DNA from: an archaeon
GTDB taxonomy: Archaea; Nanobdellota; Nanobdellia; Pacearchaeales; GW2011-AR1
Length of the DNA stretch: 11,115 bases
Assembly (NCBI GenBank): GCA_018694115.1
Contig: JABHNB010000009.1
Location: 1-11,115 of the forward strand
Reading direction: 5' to 3'
Made by a program: the position numbers and the translations under genes. The notes under the pieces are model-generated. The model saw only the letters and a list, made by a program, of their open reading frames with translations. It ran no database searches and had not been told where the DNA came from. This document shows, piece by piece, positions 6,511 through 11,115 of the stretch (the first letter of the stretch is position 1; each line of letters begins with the position of its first letter).

Positions 6511-6530
6511 AAAAATGCCCCAAAAAGCCA
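6511..6530 (-). terminator. T-run terminator candidate for the minus-strand operon (minus-strand ggcTTTTTggggcaTTTTTct).
   Basis: Two T5 runs on the transcribed strand begin 4 nt after the ATPase stop (TAG at 6536..6534). Archaeal termination typically uses oligo-T tracts. Confidence 0.35.
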
Positions 6531-6533
6531 TGT

Positions 6534-9473
6534 CTATTTTTGGGCGTTTTTAGCGAATTTTACAACTCTGCCTAATTTCGCTCTAAGATATCTTGGATCA
6601 ATTGCGACACCAAAATTCTTGTATTTTTTTATCTTATTTCTATTAGTCACCACAAAAAACCACTTCTCATAATTCTTATTTAGAGACCCTACCTTTTCTC
6701 TCAATTGATTGGGAGATTTCTCCAAAACAGTCCCCGTCTCAATCTCAATTGCATACTCCTTGCCCGCAATCTTGAAAACAACGTCTGGCTTTTTAGTTGT
6801 ATACAGTTGTGTCTCAATTCCGTTCTTCTCTAAAAACTCTGAGATATTATGGGTCATAAAAAGGTGCATCAAACTTTCATTGTGTCTTGGTTGCAAAAGA
6901 AAGTCCTCCATCTTATCTGTCAGTAAACTTTTGTATTTCATAATTTTATATCCTTCGCCTAAAAGAAGCTCAACTTCATCCTTTTTCAAATCTTTCTTGT
7001 GAAAAAATCTTTTGTTTGGATTAATTCTTATGTCAACTTTTTTCTGTGGCTTTTTATTTTTCTTAATTATATTTAACTCATCAGGATTAGTTGTAATTAA
7101 TTTGTGTTCTGCAGGCGATGCAATAACTTTCAATTCTGAATGGTCATCTTCCATCATCAATAGGCCCTCTCCAATATTCGAAGTTAACAGATGGACTCTT
7201 TCTCCTTCGCTTAGATGAAAGGTCTTGCAAATATTATCAATGACTGCGGGCTTTTGTTTCATTAGAACTGTATATGCAGAATTTGCAAGGACCGATTTCC
7301 CGGCTTTAGAATCCAATAGCCCTTCAACTTCTTGATTGATTAAGAGAAGTCCAAGATTAAACTTTCTACAAGTTTTTACAATCTCAAAAATATATCCTGC
7401 TTCTTCTGTTTTGGAAAGTAGAGACCAGGCTTCATCAATTAATAATATCTTTCTGTCTAGATTAGATTTCATTTTCATATAGATATAATCTAAGACTAGA
7501 AACATGACTGAGGGTTTAACTTGTGAAGGGAGATTTCCTATGTCAAAGCAAACTAAGTTATTATCGAAATCTAAATTAGTTTGTCTATTCATGAAGCTAA
7601 ATACTCCGTTGACATACATCTCAAGACGGCTAGATAGACTACTAATTGTGGCTTGCTCTAATTTCGGTGAGCCAACTCTCATTTCCATTAAACTTTGCAT
7701 TAAATCCCCTAAGATTGGGGGCTTATTGTTCCAGCTATCTGGGTTGTTTGTAATTCCCTTTAATTTATAGGTTCTACTTATTGCTTTATCGATTAAGGCT
7801 CGCTGAATGTCAGTTAAATCCCCGAGCATGACCTTCATGAGGTCTATTAGAGATAATCGCTTCTCTATGTAGTCGTGGCCCATCAAATCTAGCGGATTGA
7901 TGATTGTCTCGGAATCTCTGGAAAGATCGATTCTCTGCCCTTTAAAATGCGACACAAGGCTACCATATTCCCCCTGTGGGTCGATTACCATAACCTTTGT
8001 ACCGTTGAGTAGATACCTTGTTATTAGTAGCTTACAAAAATATGATTTACCTCCACCCGATTGGGCCAGAACTATCCCGTTTGGGTTTGATAAATTAAAT
8101 ATGTCTTTTATGATTGGAATGTTGTTCTTGTTTAGTCCAAGCCACACCCCAGTTTCATCAAATTTTGAGAAGGATGAAGTGAATGGAAAGAAGGCAGAAA
8201 GAGCAGGAGTTGTTATATTCCTATTTATTCCTAGAAAGTTTTTTGCCAATGGTAGACACGACTTGAGTCCTTCCAGCATTCTGAAAATTGGCTTTCTTGG
8301 GATTATCAACAAGGAGTTTAATTCGGATTCTATTTTTCTTGTTAGTAGGTTCAGTTCTTTTAGGCTGTCTGCTCGGCAGTTGATGTATAAACTAACATCA
8401 AATAATTTTTCGTTTCCTTTTTGCAAGTTGGACAGGATCGCTCTTGTATCCTGATATTTGATTTCTAGGCTTGGATTAAGTTGGTTCTTTAGTTTTGCTG
8501 CGTATAGATCTGCTCTTTGTTTTTGTAATTCTCGATTTAGAAGAATTAGGGTTTGTTCTATTTGATGAGGGTTAATGTGTAATGAAAAATCAAAATCTCC
8601 AGAACAGCTTACAAGTTTGTCAAGAAATCCATTTTCAACTGATCTAGGATAACCGTAAGCATAGATTATTTTGTGGAATTTCCCATCGATGTCTAGGAAA
8701 TCTGGAGAGTTTTTTATTTTGTCGGGATAAATATCTGATTTTTTATTATTGAATATTTTAATGAAGATTCTTTTTAGTTTATTATTGTGTAATCTAGAAG
8801 TCTTGAGATTCAAGCTATGGAGTCTATCTTCGCATAGTTTTATCTGAATATTTATGTCGCTTGTTTCGGGAATGACCACGTAGAAATTTCGATTCATTGC
8901 ACTATTGTCTTCAACTAAACTTTTCATATGATTTTTATAAGAGTCAAACATTTCCACATGTTCATCTTTGACCATCTTATCTTTTAGGATGTTCAAATAA
9001 GAATTCAAATTGAGAGTTTCGGTTGTCATTAAAATTTGAACTGGAAAATCTATTGAGTTGAGAAACTTTTGGAAAGCATAGCCTATGGCTTCTTTTTCCT
9101 TTAAGGTTTTAATAGAAAAATTTATTGATTCTACTTTCACAACTGCAATCCTTTTTTTATTATGATGAATTAAATTATCTTTGATTTCTCCCAAGACTAG
9201 AGCCTTTTCTAACTTTTCTTTTGTATCTAGATTTCTAGTTTTTAACCAGGTATACCAGTTTTTCAGATGAGTTGATAGATCAAAAAACATAAATCCTACC
9301 GCTAGAACAGATGGAATTGATGCGAGAAAAATACGAACTACGAGGCTTGCCTGTATTTTAAACAATAAAGGAAAAATAATTGGAAAGAATATCATGGCAT
9401 AAGCTATTTGTCCGAATGTAAGTCCAAAAACAATTTTCTCTTTATATTCTAATTGCTGGGGTATCTCATACAT
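6534..9473 (-). CDS. Membrane-anchored VirB4/TrbE/CedB-like DNA-transfer ATPase with an extra C-terminal nuclease-fold-like domain, 979 aa.
   Basis: N-terminal hydrophobic helices (aa 14-65, IVFGLTFGQIAYAMIFFPIIFPLLF...VLAVGFMFF). Walker A VLAQSGGGKSYF (aa 468-479, nt about 8040-8070). Walker B ILLIDEAWSLL (aa 676-686, nt about 7420-7450) with the VirB4-type DEAW. C-terminal aa about 835-979 (nt 6537-6971) carry FLEKNGI...KPDVVF...GKEYAIEIE, resembling Hjc / PD-(D/E)xK motif spacing. Confidence 0.85.
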   Translation of the reverse strand: MYEIPQQLEYKEKIVFGLTFGQIAYAMIFFPIIFPLLFKIQASLVVRIFLASIPSVLAVGFMFFDLSTHLKNWYTWLKTRNLDTKEKLEKALVLGEIKDNLIHHNKKRIAVVKVESINFSIKTLKEKEAIGYAFQKFLNSIDFPVQILMTTETLNLNSYLNILKDKMVKDEHVEMFDSYKNHMKSLVEDNSAMNRNFYVVIPETSDINIQIKLCEDRLHSLNLKTSRLHNNKLKRIFIKIFNNKKSDIYPDKIKNSPDFLDIDGKFHKIIYAYGYPRSVENGFLDKLVSCSGDFDFSLHINPHQIEQTLILLNRELQKQRADLYAAKLKNQLNPSLEIKYQDTRAILSNLQKGNEKLFDVSLYINCRADSLKELNLLTRKIESELNSLLIIPRKPIFRMLEGLKSCLPLAKNFLGINRNITTPALSAFFPFTSSFSKFDETGVWLGLNKNNIPIIKDIFNLSNPNGIVLAQSGGGKSYFCKLLITRYLLNGTKVMVIDPQGEYGSLVSHFKGQRIDLSRDSETIINPLDLMGHDYIEKRLSLIDLMKVMLGDLTDIQRALIDKAISRTYKLKGITNNPDSWNNKPPILGDLMQSLMEMRVGSPKLEQATISSLSSRLEMYVNGVFSFMNRQTNLDFDNNLVCFDIGNLPSQVKPSVMFLVLDYIYMKMKSNLDRKILLIDEAWSLLSKTEEAGYIFEIVKTCRKFNLGLLLINQEVEGLLDSKAGKSVLANSAYTVLMKQKPAVIDNICKTFHLSEGERVHLLTSNIGEGLLMMEDDHSELKVIASPAEHKLITTNPDELNIIKKNKKPQKKVDIRINPNKRFFHKKDLKKDEVELLLGEGYKIMKYKSLLTDKMEDFLLQPRHNESLMHLFMTHNISEFLEKNGIETQLYTTKKPDVVFKIAGKEYAIEIETGTVLEKSPNQLREKVGSLNKNYEKWFFVVTNRNKIKKYKNFGVAIDPRYLRAKLGRVVKFAKNAQK

Positions 9474-9474
9474 C

Positions 9475-10290
9475 TTACGACATCACTCCTGCAACTTGCT
9501 TAACACTAGCGACAGTGTTCGCCGCCTTGAATATGACGAATAGGATTAGAAATAAAGTTCCTAAATTGGCTAATGTAAAGGCCCCGATCATGACTACAAT
9601 TTTCATATTACTAAAAACTTCCAACTCTACGAATTTTGATGAGGCTAGAAATACGATTGCATAAAAGAACGGTAGGGCCATCACGACGAATAGATAATTC
9701 ATGATTAGTTTTCCGTATTGATTTAGTGGGTCGATGAAGTAGAAGAAAATTCCTAGGGCAAAAAAGACGACCCCCATCCCTACACAAAGATATCTAAGGA
9801 CTAGAAAAATTAGGGTGACAACTAGGGTTAATATGTATGGTATAATCAAAACTAATTCTAATCCGATGTTGCTAACGCCATCCATTGTTACCAGGAAGAA
9901 CTCGTCTCCAATCATGTTGAAAATTACTGTCGTTACCGATGATATTACTTCGAGGATTAGCTTGTATAAGAAAAAACTTGTTTGGATTAATACCATCATG
10001 AGGATCGTATTTGCCAAACTTCTCTTTGCCTTTTCTCTTTGTTCCGGGGAATGTCCTGCCAATAAGAATCTGAATCCTACAATTAAGAGAAGTATACCAT
10101 AAAATAAAGATAAGATGTAAACTATAATTGACCAGACCCCTGCGAAGATTTCGACGTTGACTGGTTGAGTCAATAGGTTGTCGATCATGCTAAGCAGGGG
10201 CCTAACTGGCAGATTTAAAATATAAATTACAAACTCAAAAAACTTCTCAACAAGACAGGCTCCGAGATTGGTTATTCCGCAAGAACTCAT
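9475..10290 (-). CDS. Polytopic integral membrane protein, 271 aa with about 7 predicted TM helices. VirB6/TrbL/CedA-like channel-component candidate.
   Basis: Hydrophobic throughout, with short polar loops. The stop lies 1 nt before the ATPase ATG (9473). The start overlaps the upstream stop (ATGA at 10287-10290). The assignment is by topology and operon context, not by motif. Confidence 0.65.
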   Translation of the reverse strand: MSSCGITNLGACLVEKFFEFVIYILNLPVRPLLSMIDNLLTQPVNVEIFAGVWSIIVYILSLFYGILLLIVGFRFLLAGHSPEQREKAKRSLANTILMMVLIQTSFFLYKLILEVISSVTTVIFNMIGDEFFLVTMDGVSNIGLELVLIIPYILTLVVTLIFLVLRYLCVGMGVVFFALGIFFYFIDPLNQYGKLIMNYLFVVMALPFFYAIVFLASSKFVELEVFSNMKIVVMIGAFTLANLGTLFLILFVIFKAANTVASVKQVAGVMS

Positions 10291-11115
10291 AGTAAACTAA
10301 ATGAAAGATAATATTTCTTCAGGAAGCTGTAGATTATGTATCCGAAGAAACTAATAGATGAAAGTTCTTTTAGGAATACCTCGTTTTTCTCGTCGGTGAC
10401 ACTAATAAATTTCTTTACCTTTCTTGTATTTAGTTGGGCCTCAATTCTGTTCTCGTCTTTTACTGCTTTGAATTCTGCGAAATCCTCTGCTAAGATATTT
10501 TTTCCTGCATAAGTTAAGTTTAGCTCTATGCCTTTTGGGAAAATCTCAATTAGGATAGTTTCATTTTCGTAATAATACAGTTGATCTGCTTCAATTTCAA
10601 AATCAACTTTGCTATAACTTAAATCGCAACCCCTTGAGATGCTTCCGAAGTGATTAAAGAGTTTTATTTTGCAGTTTGAAGCGTCTTTTACGACGAACTC
10701 GAATTTGTTTGCGGATTCATCAACATGAATATTTTGGACTTTTGTATTTTCAATTCTTTCCGCTTGGAGTGTTAGAATGTAGTGAGGCAAAGTGTAGTTG
10801 AGTTTGTAGATGTAATTTGTTCTTTGGTATAATGAGTTGGTGAAGCTTAGCTCTAATGCGCTGACATTATTTGTTTTTAGATATCCTTCTATGTTATCGC
10901 TGTATTGATTTATTATTTTGAAAGAACTTTCTGTGCTTGAATTATGTAGCTTTGCGTTAACAGTGTCTGAAATTTTTACTGTGTGGGTTACGTAGTCTCG
11001 ATAGTCATATCTACATCTGCTTTCTCTCCATCGATAATGTTCTACTTTATACCTAACTTTAATTTCTAATTCTGCTGTTAGAACTACATCTTCGCTGTTT
11101 GCTACGAAACTTGTT
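10287..11115 (-). CDS. Partial CDS (5' end beyond the window) for a non-globular, beta-rich protein with a C-terminal hydrophobic anchor (ISFFGYIIYSFLKKYYLSFSLL). First gene of the transfer operon within the window.
   Basis: The ORF-track entry 10287..10790 begins at a TTG. Manual translation shows the same frame stays open with no stop up to 11114 (...TSFVANSEDVVLTAELEIKVRYKVEHYRWRESRCRYDYRDYVTHTVKISD...), so the gene continues off the window. Confidence 0.6.
   Translation of the reverse strand, partial: TSFVANSEDVVLTAELEIKVRYKVEHYRWRESRCRYDYRDYVTHTVKISDTVNAKLHNSSTESSFKIINQYSDNIEGYLKTNNVSALELSFTNSLYQRTNYIYKLNYTLPHYILTLQAERIENTKVQNIHVDESANKFEFVVKDASNCKIKLFNHFGSISRGCDLSYSKVDFEIEADQLYYYENETILIEIFPKGIELNLTYAGKNILAEDFAEFKAVKDENRIEAQLNTRKVKKFISVTDEKNEVFLKELSSISFFGYIIYSFLKKYYLSFSLL

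Noticed and set aside
6709-8454. ORFs 6709..7002, 7012..7218, 7504..7770 and 7897..8454 (+), plus 9815..10102(+)
   Set aside because: All are antisense to the ATPase or membrane-protein genes. None has start or promoter context, and they are compositionally odd.
1-11115. CRISPR array, rRNA, IS element or transposase
   Set aside because: There are no regularly spaced repeats, no rRNA-like conserved blocks, and no DDE or serine/tyrosine recombinase-like ORF in the window.

Overview
Low-GC window with an archaeal-style gene organisation. It contains TrmB-family and Lrp/AsnC-family regulators and most genes have an AT-rich TATA-like box about 22-30 bp upstream of the start codon. Assigning it to an archaeon is inference.

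Left two-thirds (1-6300): a regulator-rich accessory stretch.
- Two paralogous TrmB-like regulators (246..992 -, 4623..5390 +).
- A single-chain tandem Lrp/AsnC-like regulator (2800..3792 +).
- A pentapeptide-repeat protein (3853..4530 -).
- A small cupin-like protein (5394..5735 -).
- Three hypothetical proteins, two of which form a translationally coupled +strand pair of unknown function (1086..1922 and 1924..2406).
- A GC-rich, probably structured, element at 101-190.

Right third (6534 to the window edge): a tightly coupled minus-strand operon that looks like a conjugation / Ced-like DNA-transfer module.
- A protein with a C-terminal hydrophobic anchor, running off the window (10287..>11115).
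- A roughly 7-TM VirB6/CedA-like membrane protein (9475..10290).
- A 979-aa membrane-anchored VirB4/TrbE-like ATPase (6534..9473) with Walker A GGGKS and a DEAW Walker B. It carries an extra C-terminal domain whose motifs resemble an Hjc / PD-(D/E)xK nuclease fold. This fusion is the most interesting candidate novelty.
- Just upstream of the module, at about 6301-6357, is what looks like the severed 3' end of a cupin paralog. It repeats the cupin 3' end at 5388-5409 as a roughly 23-bp direct repeat, so 6358 may be the edge of an inserted mobile element.

No rRNA, canonical tRNA or CRISPR array was found. All protein-family calls are from motif recognition by eye, not from searches.
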